A DNA stretch of 64,000 nucleotides from Auanema rhodensis (lineage: Eukaryota; Animalia; Nematoda), in assembly GCA_964057225.1 (NCBI GenBank), contig CAXKVF010000086.1:62001-126000 (forward strand), read 5' to 3'. Within the stretch, counting starts at the first letter, position 1. Every line of letters begins with the position of its first letter. The translations under genes were made by a program, and so were the position numbers. Positions 42,601-56,000 of this stretch are shown piece after piece. Below the pieces are notes generated by a model. That model was not told the origin of the DNA. It searched no databases and saw only the letters and a list, made by a program, of their open reading frames with translations.

Positions 42601-45600
42601 TTTTCAGACTAATATGGACATGGGGAATCTAATTTTGAAAACCGCATCTCTTTATCTTTCACGTGAAGCGAGTTACATACCAAGTGCACATCACGTGTAC
42701 ATTTAATTAGCATAAATTAAAGTTCACGTAAATTTCAAAGTCATGGTTACCATGAACCAATATCAATAAAAATTTGTTTTTAGACTAATATGGACATGGG
42801 GAATCTAATTTTGAAAACCGCATCTCTTTATCTTTCACGTGAAGCGAGTTACATACCAAGTGCACATCACGTGTACATTTAATTAGCATAAATTAAAGTT
42901 CACGTAAATTTCAAAGTCATGGTTACCATGAACCAATATCAATAAAAATTTGTTTTTAGACTAATATGGACATGGGGAATCTAATTTTGAAAACCGCATC
43001 TCTTTATCTTTCACGTGAAGCGAGTTACATACCAAGTGCACATCACGTGTACATTTAATTAGCATAAATTAAAGTTCACGTAAATTTCAAAGTCATGGTT
43101 ACCATGCACCAATATAAATAAAAATTTGTTTTTAGACTAATATGGACATGGGGAATCTAATTTTGAAAACCGCATCTCTTTATCTTTCACGTGAAGCGAG
43201 TTACATACCAAGTGCACATCACGTGTACATTTAATTAGCATAAATTAAAGTTCACGTAAATTTCAAAGTCATGGTTACCATGCACCAATATCAATAAAAA
43301 TTTGTTTTTAGACTAATATGGACATGGGGAATCTAATTTTGAAAACCGCATCTCTTTATATTTCACGTGAAGCGAGTTACATACCAAGTGCACATCACGT
43401 GTACATTTAATTAGCATAAATTAAAGTTCACGTAAATTTCAAAGTCATGGTTACCATGCACCAATATCAATAAAAATTTGTTTTTAGACTAATATGGACA
43501 TGGGGAATCTAATTTTGAAAACCGCATCTCTTTATCTTTCACGTGAAGCGAGTTACATACCAAGTGCACATCACGTATACATTTAATTAGCATAAATTAA
43601 AGTTCACGTAAATTTCAAAGTCATGGTTACCATGCACCAATATCAATAAAAATTTGTTTTTAGACTAATATGGACATGGGGAATCTAATTTTGAAAACCG
43701 CATCTCTTTATCTTTCACATGAAGCGAGTTACATACCAAGTGCACATCACGTGTACATTTAATTAGCATAAATTAAAGTTCACGTAAATTTCAAAGTCAT
43801 GGTTACCATGCACCAATATCAATAAAAATTTGTTTTTAGACTAATATGGACATGGGGAATCTAATTTTGAAAACCGCATCTCTTTATCTTTCACGTGAAG
43901 TGAGTTACATACCAAGTGCACATCACGTATACATTTAATTAGCATAAATTAAAGTTCACGTAAATTTCAAAGTCATGGTTACCATGCACCAATATCAATA
44001 AAAATTTGTTTTTAGACTAATATGGACATGGGGAATCTAATTTTGAAAACCGCATCTCTTTATCTTTCACGTGAAGCGAGTTACATACCAAGTGCACATC
44101 ACGTGTACATTTAATTAGCATAAATTAAAGTTCACGTAAATTTCAAAGTCATGGTTACCATGCACCAATATCAATAAAAATCTGTTTTTAGACTAATATG
44201 GACATGGGAAATCTAATTTTGAAAACCGCATCTCTTTATCTTTCACGTGAAGCGAGTTACATACCAAGTGCACATCACGTGTACATTTAATTAGCATAAA
44301 TTAAAGTTCACGTAAATTTCAAAGTCATGGTTACCATGAACCAATATCAATAAAAATTTGTTTTCAGACTAATATGGACATGGGGAATCTAATTTTGAAA
44401 ACCGCATCTCTTTATCTTTCACGTGAAGCGAGTTACATACCAAGTGCACATCACGTGTACATTTAATTAGCATAAATTAAAGTTCACGTAAATTTCAAAG
44501 TCATGGTTACCATGCACCAATATCAATAAAAATCTGTTTTTAGACTAATATGGACATGGGAAATCTAATTTTGAAAACCGCATCTCTTCATCTTTCACGT
44601 GAAGCGAGTTACATACCAAGTGCACATCACGTGTACATTTAATTAGCATAAATTAAAGTTCACGTAAATTTCAAAGTCATGGTTACCATGCACCAATATC
44701 AATAAAAATCTGTTTTTAGACTAATATGGACATGGGAAATCTAATTTTGAAAACCGCATCTCTTTATCTTTCACGTGAAGCGAGTTACATACCAAGTGCA
44801 CATCACGTGTACATTTAATTAGCATAAATTAAAGTTCACGTAAATTTCAAAGTCATGGTTACCATGAACCAATATCAATAAAAATTTGTTTTCAGACTAA
44901 TATGGACATGGGGAATCTAATTTTGAAAACCGCATCTCTTTATCTTTCACGTGAAGCGAGTTACATACCAAGTGCACATCACGTGTACATTTAATTAGCA
45001 TAAATTAAAGTTCACGAAAATTTCAAAGTCATGGTTACCATGAACCAATATCAATAAAAATTTGTTTTTAGACTAATATGGACATGGGGAATCTAATTTT
45101 GAAAACCGCATCTCTTCATCTTTCACGTGAAGCGAGTTACATACCAAGTGCACATCACGTGTACATTTAATTAGCATAAATTAAAGTTCACGTAAATTTC
45201 AAAGTCATGGTTACCATGAACCAATATCAATAAAAATCTGTTTTTAGACTAATATGGACATGGGAAATCTAATTTTGAAAACCGCATCTCTTCATCTTTC
45301 ACGTGAAGCGAGTTACATACCAAGTGCACATCACGTGTACATTTAATTAGCATAAATTAAAGTTCACGTAAATTTCAAAGTCATGGTTACCATGCACCAA
45401 TATCAATAAAAATCTGTTTTTAGACTAATATGGACATGGGAAATCTAATTTTGAAAACCGCATCTCTTTATCTTTCACGTGAAGCGAGTTACATACCAAG
45501 TGCACATCACGTGTACATTTAATTAGCATAAATTAAAGTTCACGTAAATTTCAAAGTCATGGTTACCATGAACCAATATCAATAAAAATTTGTTTTCAGA

Positions 45601-48600
45601 CTAATATGGACATGGGGAATCTAATTTTGAAAACCGCATCTCTTTATCTTTCACGTGAAGCGAGTTACATACCAAGTGCACATCACGTGTACATTTAATT
45701 AGCATAAATTAAAGTTCACGAAAATTTCAAAGTCATGGTTACCATGAACCAATATCAATAAAAATTTGTTTTTAGACTAATATGGACATGGGGAATCTAA
45801 TTTTGAAAACCGCATCTCTTCATCTTTCACGTGAAGCGAGTTACATACCAAGTGCACATCACGTGTACATTTAATTAGCATAAATTAAAGTTCACGTAAA
45901 TTTCAAAGTCATGGTTACCATGAACCAATATCAATAAAAATTTGTTTTCAGACTAATATGGACATGGGGAATCTAATTTTGAAAACCGCATCTCTTTATC
46001 TTTCACGTGAAGCGAGTTACATACCAAGTGCACATCACGTGTACATTTAATTAGCATAAATTAAAGTTCACGTAAATTTCAAAGTCATGGTTACCATGCA
46101 CCAATATCAATAAAAATTTGTTTTTAGACTAATATGGACATGGGGAATCTAATTTTGAAAACCGCATCTCTTCATCTTTCACGTGAAGCGAGTTACATAC
46201 CAAGTGCACATCACGTGTACATTTAATTAGCATAAATTAAAGTTCACGTAAATTTCAAAGTCATGGTTACCATGCACCAATATCAATAAAAATCTGTTTT
46301 TAGACTAATATGGACATGGGAAATCTAATTTTGAAAACCGCATCTCTTTATCTTTCACGTGAAGCGAGTTACATACCAAGTGCACATCACGTGTACATTT
46401 AATTAGCATAAATTAAAGTTCACGTAAATTTCAAAGTCATGGTTACCATGAACCAATATCAATAAAAATTTGTTTTCAGACTAATATGGACATGGGGAAT
46501 CTAATTTTGAAAACCGCATCTCTTTATCTTTCACGTGAAGCGAGTTACATACCAAGTGCACATCACGTGTACATTTAATTAGCATAAATTAAAGTTCACG
46601 TAAATTTCAAAGTCATGGTTACCATGAACCAATATCAATAAAAATTTGTTTTTAGACTAATATGGACATGGGGAATCTAATTTTGAAAACCGCATCTCTT
46701 TATCTTTCACGTGAAGCGAGTTACATACCAAGTGCACATCACGTGTACATTTAATTAGCATAAATTAAAGTTCACGTAAATTTCAAAGTCATGGTTACCA
46801 TGAACCAATATCAATAAAAATTTGTTTTTAGACTAATATGGACATGGGGAATCTAATTTTGAAAACCGCATCTCTTTATCTTTCACGTGAAGCGAGTTAC
46901 ATACCAAGTGCACATCACGTGTACATTTAATTAGCATAAATTAAAGTTCACGTAAATTTCAAAGTCATGGTTACCATGCACCAATATAAATAAAAATTTG
47001 TTTTTAGACTAATATGGACATGGGGAATCTAATTTTGAAAACCGCATCTCTTTATCTTTCACGTGAAGCGAGTTACATACCAAGTGCACATCACGTGTAC
47101 ATTTAATTAGCATAAATTAAAGTTCACGTAAATTTCAAAGTCATGGTTACCATGCACCAATATCAATAAAAATTTGTTTTTAGACTAATATGGACATGGG
47201 GAATCTAATTTTGAAAACCGCATCTCTTTATATTTCACGTGAAGCGAGTTACATACCAAGTGCACATCACGTGTACATTTAATTAGCATAAATTAAAGTT
47301 CACGTAAATTTCAAAGTCATGGTTACCATGCACCAATATCAATAAAAATTTGTTTTTAGACTAATATGGACATGGGGAATCTAATTTTGAAAACCGCATC
47401 TCTTTATCTTTCACGTGAAGCGAGTTACATACCAAGTGCACATCACGTATACATTTAATTAGCATAAATTAAAGTTCACGTAAATTTCAAAGTCATGGTT
47501 ACCATGCACCAATATCAATAAAAATTTGTTTTTAGACTAATATGGACATGGGGAATCTAATTTTGAAAACCGCATCTCTTTATCTTTCACATGAAGCGAG
47601 TTACATACCAAGTGCACATCACGTGTACATTTAATTAGCATAAATTAAAGTTCACGTAAATTTCAAAGTCATGGTTACCATGCACCAATATCAATAAAAA
47701 TTTGTTTTTAGACTAATATGGACATGGGGAATCTAATTTTGAAAACCGCATCTCTTTATCTTTCACGTGAAGTGAGTTACATACCAAGTGCACATCACGT
47801 ATACATTTAATTAGCATAAATTAAAGTTCACGTAAATTTCAAAGTCATGGTTACCATGCACCAATATCAATAAAAATTTGTTTTTAGACTAATATGGACA
47901 TGGGGAATCTAATTTTGAAAACCGCATCTCTTTATCTTTCACGTGAAGCGAGTTACATACCAAGTGCACATCACGTGTACATTTAATTAGCATAAATTAA
48001 AGTTCACGTAAATTTCAAAGTCATGGTTACCATGCACCAATATCAATAAAAATTTGTTTTTAGACTAATATGGACATGGGGAATCTAATTTTGAAAACCG
48101 CATCTCTTTATCTTTCACGTGAAGCGAGTTACATACCAAGTGCACATCACGTGTACATTTAATTAGCATAAATTAAAGTTCACGTAAATTCCAAAGTCAT
48201 GGTTACCATGCACCAATATCAATAAAAATTTGTTTTTAGACTAATATGGACATGGGGAATCTAATTTTGAAAACCGCATCTCTTTATCTTTCACGTGAAG
48301 CGAGTTACATACCAAGTGCACATCACGTGTACATTTAATTAGCATAAATTAAAGTTCACGTAAATTTCAAAGTCATGGTTACCATGCACCAATATCAATA
48401 AAAATTTGTTTTTAGACTAATATGGACATGGGGAATCTAATTTTGAAAACCGCATCTCTTCATCTTTCACGTGAAGCGAGTTACATACCAAGTGCACATC
48501 ACGTGTACATTTAATTAGCATAAATTAAAGTTCACGTAAATTTCAAAGTCATGGTTACCATGCACCAATATCAATAAAAATTTGTTTTTAGACTAATATG

Positions 48601-50000
48601 GACATGGGAAATCTAATTTTGAAAACCGCATCTCTTTATCTTTCACGTGAAGCGAGTTACATACCAAGTGCACATCACGTGTACATTTAATTAGCATAAA
48701 TTAAAGTTCACGTAAATTTCAAAGTCATGGTTACCATGCACCAATATCAATAAAAATTTGTTTTTAGACTAATATGGACATGGGGAATCTAATTTTGAAA
48801 ACCGCATCTCTTTATCTTTCACGTGAAGCGAGTTACATACCAAGTGCACATCACGTGTACATTTAATTAGCATAAATTAAAGTTCACGTAAATTTCAAAG
48901 TCATGGTTACCATGCACCAATATCAATAAAAATTTGTTTTTAGACTAATATGGACATGGGGAATCTAATTTTGAAAACCGCATCTCTTTATCTTTCACGT
49001 GAAGCGAGTTACATACCAAGTGCACATCACGTGTACATTTAATTAGCATAAATTAAAGTTCACGTAAATTTCAAAGTCATGGTTACCATGCACCAATATC
49101 AATAAAAATTTGTTTTTAGACTAATATGGACATGGGGAATCTAATTTTGAAAACCGCATCTCTTCATCTTTCACGTGAAGCGAGTTACATACCAAGTGCA
49201 CATCACGTGTACATTTAATTAGCATAAATTAAAGTTCACGTAAATTTCAAAGTCATGGTTACCATGCACCAATATCAATAAAAATCTGTTTTTAGACTAA
49301 TATGGACATGGGAAATCTAATTTTGAAAACCGCATCTCTTTATCTTTCACGTGAAGCGAGTTACATACCAAGTGCACATCACGTGTACATTTAATTAGCA
49401 TAAATTAAAGTTCACGTAAATTTCAAAGTCATGGTTACCATGAACCAATATCAATAAAAATTTGTTTTCAGACTAATATGGACATGGGGAATCTAATTTT
49501 GAAAACCGCATCTCTTTATCTTTCACGTGAAGCGAGTTACATACCAAGTGCACATCACGTGTACATTTAATTAGCATAAATTAAAGTTCACGTAAATTTC
49601 AAAGTCATGGTTACCATGCACCAATATCAATAAAAATTTGTTTTTAGACTAATATGGACATGGGGAATCTAATTTTGAAAACCGCATCTCTTTATCTTTC
49701 ACGTGAAGCGAGTTACATACCAAGTGCACATCACGTGTACATTTAATTAGCATAAATTAAAGTTCACGTAAATTTCAAAGTCATGGTTACCATGAACCAA
49801 TATCAATAAAAATTTGTTTTCAGACTAATATGGACATGGGGAATCTAATTTTGAAAACCGCATCTCTTTATCTTTCACGTGAAGCGAGTTACATACCAAG
49901 TGCACATCACGTGTACATTTAATTAGCATAAATTAAAGTTCACGTAAATTTCAAAGTCATGGTTACCATGAACCAATATCAATAAAAATTTGTTTTTAGA
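30700..50000 (+). repeat. Variable-length higher-order repeat domain (19-25 monomers per unit, ~5 units)
   Basis: The TATATTT marker occurs at 31744, 35616, 38960, 43360 and 47232 (22, 19, 25, 22 monomers apart). Each is followed by linked CACATG and AAGTGAG/GTATAC variant monomers. Boundaries are approximate. Confidence 0.85.
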
Positions 50001-53000
50001 CTAATATGGACATGGGGAATCTAATTTTGAAAACCGCATCTCTTCATCTTTCACGTGAAGCGAGTTACATACCAAGTGCACATCACGTGTACATTTAATT
50101 AGCATAAATTAAAGTTCACGTAAATTTCAAAGTCATGGTTACCATGCACCAATATCAATAAAAATCTGTTTTTAGACTAATATGGACATGGGAAATCTAA
50201 TTTTGAAAACCGCATCTCTTTATCTTTCACGTGAAGCGAGTTACATACCAAGTGCACATCACGTGTACATTTAATTAGCATAAATTAAAGTTCACGTAAA
50301 TTTCAAAGTCATGGTTACCATGAACCAATATCAATAAAAATTTGTTTTCAGACTAATATGGACATGGGGAATCTAATTTTGAAAACCGCATCTCTTTATC
50401 TTTCACGTGAAGCGAGTTACATACCAAGTGCACATCACGTGTACATTTAATTAGCATAAATTAAAGTTCACGTAAATTTCAAAGTCATGGTTACCATGCA
50501 CCAATATCAATAAAAATCTGTTTTTAGACTAATATGGACATGGGAAATCTAATTTTGAAAACCGCATCTCTTCATCTTTCACGTGAAGCGAGTTACATAC
50601 CAAGTGCACATCACGTGTACATTTAATTAGCATAAATTAAAGTTCACGTAAATTTCAAAGTCATGGTTACCATGCACCAATATCAATAAAAATCTGTTTT
50701 TAGACTAATATGGACATGGGAAATCTAATTTTGAAAACCGCATCTCTTTATCTTTCACGTGAAGCGAGTTACATACCAAGTGCACATCACGTGTACATTT
50801 AATTAGCATAAATTAAAGTTCACGTAAATTTCAAAGTCATGGTTACCATGCACCAATATCAATAAAAATCTGTTTTTAGACTAATATGGACATGGGAAAT
50901 CTAATTTTGAAAACCGCATCTCTTTATCTTTCACGTGAAGCGAGTTACATACCAAGTGCACATCACGTGTACATTTAATTAGCATAAATTAAAGTTCACG
51001 TAAATTTCAAAGTCATGGTTACCATGCACCAATATCAATAAAAATTTGTTTTTAGACTAATATGGACATGGGGAATCTAATTTTGAAAACCGCATCTCTT
51101 TATCTTTCACGTGAAGCGAGTTACATACCAAGTGCACATCACGTGTACATTTAATTAGCATAAATTAAAGTTCACGTAAATTTCAAAGTCATGGTTACCA
51201 TGCACCAATATCAATAAAAATTTGTTTTTAGACTAATATGGACATGGGGAATCTAATTTTGAAAACCGCATCTCTTTATCTTTCACGTGAAGCGAGGTAC
51301 ATACCAAGTGCACATCACGTGTACATTTAATTAGCATAAATTAAAGTTCACGTAAATTTCAAAGTCATGGTTACCATGAACCAATATCATTAAAAATTTG
51401 TTTTTAGACTAATATGGACATGGGGAATCTAATTTTGAAAACCGCATCTCTTTATCTTTCACGTGAAGCGAGTTACATACCAAGTGCACATCACGTGTAC
51501 ATTTAATTAGCATTAATTAAAGTTCACGTAAATTTCAAAGTCATGGTTACCATGAACCAATATCAATAAAAATTTGTTTTTAGACTAATATGGACATGGG
51601 GAATCTAATTTCGAAAACCGCATCTCTTTATCTTTCACGTGAAGCGAGTTACATACCAAGTGCACATCACGTGTACATTTAATTAGCATAAATTAAAGTT
51701 CACGTAAATTTCAAAGTCATGGTTACCATGCACCAATATCAATAAAAATTTGTTTTTAGACTAATATGGACATGGGGAATCTAATTTTGAAAACCGCATC
51801 TCTTTATCTTCCACGTGAAGCAAGTTACATACCAAGTGCACATCACGTGTACATTTAATTAGCATAAATTAAAGTTCACGTAAATTTCAAAGTCATGGTT
51901 ACCATGAACTAATATCAATAAAAATTTGTTTTTAGACTAATATGGACATGGGGAATCTAATTTTGAAAACCGCATCTCTTTATCTTCCACGTGAAGCGAG
52001 TTACATACCAAGTGCACATCACGTGTACATTTAATTAGCATAAATTAAAGTTCACGTAAATTTCAAAGTCATGGTTACCATGCACCAATATCAATAAAAA
52101 TTTGTTTTTAAACTAATATGGACATGGGGAATCTAATTTTGAAAACCGCATCTCTTTATCTTTCACGTGAAGCGAGTTACATACCAAGTGCACATCACGT
52201 GTACATTTAATTAGCATAAATTAAAGTTCACGTAAATTTCAAAGTCATGGTTACCATGCACCAATATCAATAAAAATTTGTTTTTAGACTAATATGGACA
52301 TGGGTAATCTAATTTTGAAAACCGCATCTCTTTATCTTTCACATGAAGCGAGTTACATACCAAGTGCACATCACGTGTACATTTAATTAGCATAAATTAA
52401 AGTTCACGTAAATTTCAAAGTCATGGTTACCATGAACCAATATCAATAAAAATTTGTTTTTAGACTAATATGGACATGGGGAATCTAATTTTGAAAACCG
52501 CATCTCTTTATCTTTCACGTGAAGCGAGTTACATACCAAGTGCACATCACGTATACATTTAATTAGCATAAATTAAAGTTCACGTAAATTTCAAAGTCAT
52601 GGTTACCATGAACCAATATCAATAAAAATTTGTTTTTAGACTAATATGGACATGGGGAATCTAATTTTGAAAACCGCATCTCTTTATCTTTCACGTGGAG
52701 CGAGTTACATACCAAGTGCACATCACGTGTACATTTAATTAGCATAAATTAAAGTTCACGTAAATTTCAAAGTCATGGTTACCATGCACCAATATCAATA
52801 AAAATGTGTTTTTAGACTAATATGGACATGGGGAATCTAATTTTGAAAACCGCATCTCTTTATCTTTCACGTGAAGCGAGTTACATACCAAGTGCACATC
52901 ACGTGTACATTTAATTAGCATAAATTAAAGTTCACGTAAATTTCAAAGTCATGGTTACCATGCACCAATATCAATAAAAATTTATTTTTAGACTAATATG

Positions 53001-56000
53001 GACATGGGGAATCTAATTTTGAAAACCGCATCTCTTTATCTTTCACGTGAAGTGAGTTACATACCAAGTGCACATCACGTATACATTTAATTAGCATAAA
53101 TTAAAGTTCACGTAAATTTCAAAGTCATGGTTACCATGAACCAATATCAATAAAAATTTGTTTTTAGACTAATATGGACATGGGGAATCTAATTTTGAAA
53201 ACCGCATCTCTTTATCTTTCACGTGAAGCGAGTTACATACCAAGTGCACATCACGTGTACATTTAATTAGCATAAATTAAAGTTCACGTAAATTTCAAAG
53301 TCATGGTTACCATGCACCAATATCAATAAAAATTTGTTTTTAGACTAATATGGACATGGGGAATCTAATTTTGAAAACCGCATCTCTTTATCTTTCACGT
53401 GAAGCGAGTTACATACCAAGTGCACATCACGTGTACATTTAATTAGCATAAATTAAAGTTCACGTAAATTTCAAAGTCATGGTTACCATGCACCAATATC
53501 AATAAAAATTTGTTTTTAGACTAATATTGACATGGGGAATCTAATTTTGAAAACCGCATCTCTTTATCTTTCACATGAAGCGAGTTACATACCAAGTGCA
53601 CATCACGTGTACATTTAATTAGCATAAATTAAAGTTCACATAAATTTCAAAGTCATGGTTACCATGAACCAATATCAATAAAAATTTGTTTTTAGACTAA
53701 TATGGACATGGGGAATCTAATTTTGAAAACCGCATCTCTTTATCTTTCACGTGAAGCGAGTTAAATACCAAGTGCACATCACGTATACATTTAATTAGCA
53801 TAAATTAAAGTTCACGTAAATTTCAAAGTCATGGTTACCATGAACCAATATCAATAAAAATTTGTTTTTAGACTAATATGGACATGGGGAATCTAATTTT
53901 GAAAACCGCATCTCTTTATCTTTCACGTGAAGCGAGTTACATACCAAGTGCACATCACGTGTACATTTAATTAGCATAAATTAAAGTTCACGTAAATTTC
54001 AAAGTCATGGTTACCATGCACCAATATCAATAAAAATTTGTTTTTAGACTAATATGGACATGGGGAATCTAATTTTGAAAACCGCATCTCTTTATCTTTC
54101 ACGTGAAGCGAGTTACATACCAAGTGCACATCACGTGTACATTTAATTAGCATAAATTAAAGTTCACATAAATTTCAAAGTCATGGTTACCATGCACCAA
54201 TATCAATAAAAATTTGTTTTTAGACTAATATGGACATGGGGAATTTAATTTTGAAAACCGCATCTCTTTATCTTTCACGTGAAGTGAGTTACATACCAAG
54301 TGCACATCACGTGTACATTTAATTAGCATAAATTAAAGTTCACGTAAATTTCAAAGTCATGGTTACCATGCACCAATATCAATAAAAATTTGTTTTTAGA
54401 CTAATATGGACATGGGGAATCTAATTTTGAAAACCGCATCTCTTTATCTTTCACGTGAAGCGAGTTACATACCAAGTGCACATCACGTATACATTTAATT
54501 AGCATAAATTAAAGTTCACGTAAATTTCAAAGTCATGGTTACCATGAACCAATATCAATAAAAATTTGTTTTTAGACTAATATGGACATGGGGAATCTAA
54601 TTTTGAAAACCGCATCTCTTTATCTTTCACGTGAAGCGAGTTACATACCAAGTGCACATCACGTATACATTTAATTAGCATAAATTAAAGTTCACGTAAA
54701 TTTCAAAGTCATGGTTACCATGAACCAATATCAATAAAAATTTGTTTTTAGACTAATATGGACATGGGGAATCTAATTTTGAAAACCGCATCTCTTTATC
54801 TTTCACGTGGAGCGAGTTACATACCAAGTGCACATCACGTGTACATTTAATTAGCATAAATTAAAGTTCACGTAAATTTCAAAGTCATGGTTACCATGCA
54901 CCAATATCAATAAAAATGTGTTTTTAGACTAATATGGACATGGGGAATCTAATTTTGAAAACCGCATCTCTTTATCTTTCACGTGAAGTGAGTTACATAC
55001 CAAGTGCACATCACGTGTACATTTAATTAGCATAAATTAAAGTTCACGTAAATTTCAAAGTCATGGTTACCATGCACCAATATCAATAAAAATTTGTTTT
55101 TAGACTAATATGGACATGGGGAATCTAATTTTGAAAACCGCATCTCTTTATCTTTCACGTGAAGCGAGTTACATACCAAGTGCACATCACGTGTACATTT
55201 AATTAGCATAAATTAAAGTTCACGTAAATTTCAAAGTCATGGTTACCATGAACCAATATCAATAAAAATTTGTTTTTAGACTAATATGGACATGGGGAAT
55301 CTAATTTTGAAAACCGCATCTCTTTATCTTTCACGTGAAGCGAGTTACATACCAAGTGCACATCACGTGTACATTTAATTAGCATAAATTAAAGTTCACG
55401 TAAATTTCAAAGTCATGGTTACCATGAACCAATATCAATAAAAATTTGTTTTTAGACTAATATGGACATGGGGAATCTAATTTTGAAAACCGCATCTCTT
55501 TATCTTTCACGTGAAGCGAGTTACATACCAAGTGCACATCACGTGTACATTTAATTAGCATAAATTAAAGTTCACGTAAATTTCAAAGTCATGGTTACCA
55601 TGCACCAATATCAATAAAAATTTGTTTTTAGACTAATATGGACATGGGGAATCTAATTTTGAAAACCGCATCTCTTTATCTTTCACGTGAAGCGAGTTAC
55701 ATACCAAGTGCACATCACGTGTACATTTAATTAGCATAAATTAAAGTTCACGTAAATTTCAAAGTCATGGTTACCATGCACCAATATCAATAAAAATTTG
55801 TTTTTAGACTAATATTGACATGGGGAATCTAATTTTGAAAACCGCATCTCTTTATCTTTCACATGAAGCGAGTTACATACCAAGTGCACATCACGTGTAC
55901 ATTTAATTAGCATAAATTAAAGTTCACGTAAATTTCAAAGTCATGGTTACCATGAACCAATATCAATAAAAATTTGTTTTTAGACTAATATGGACATGGG

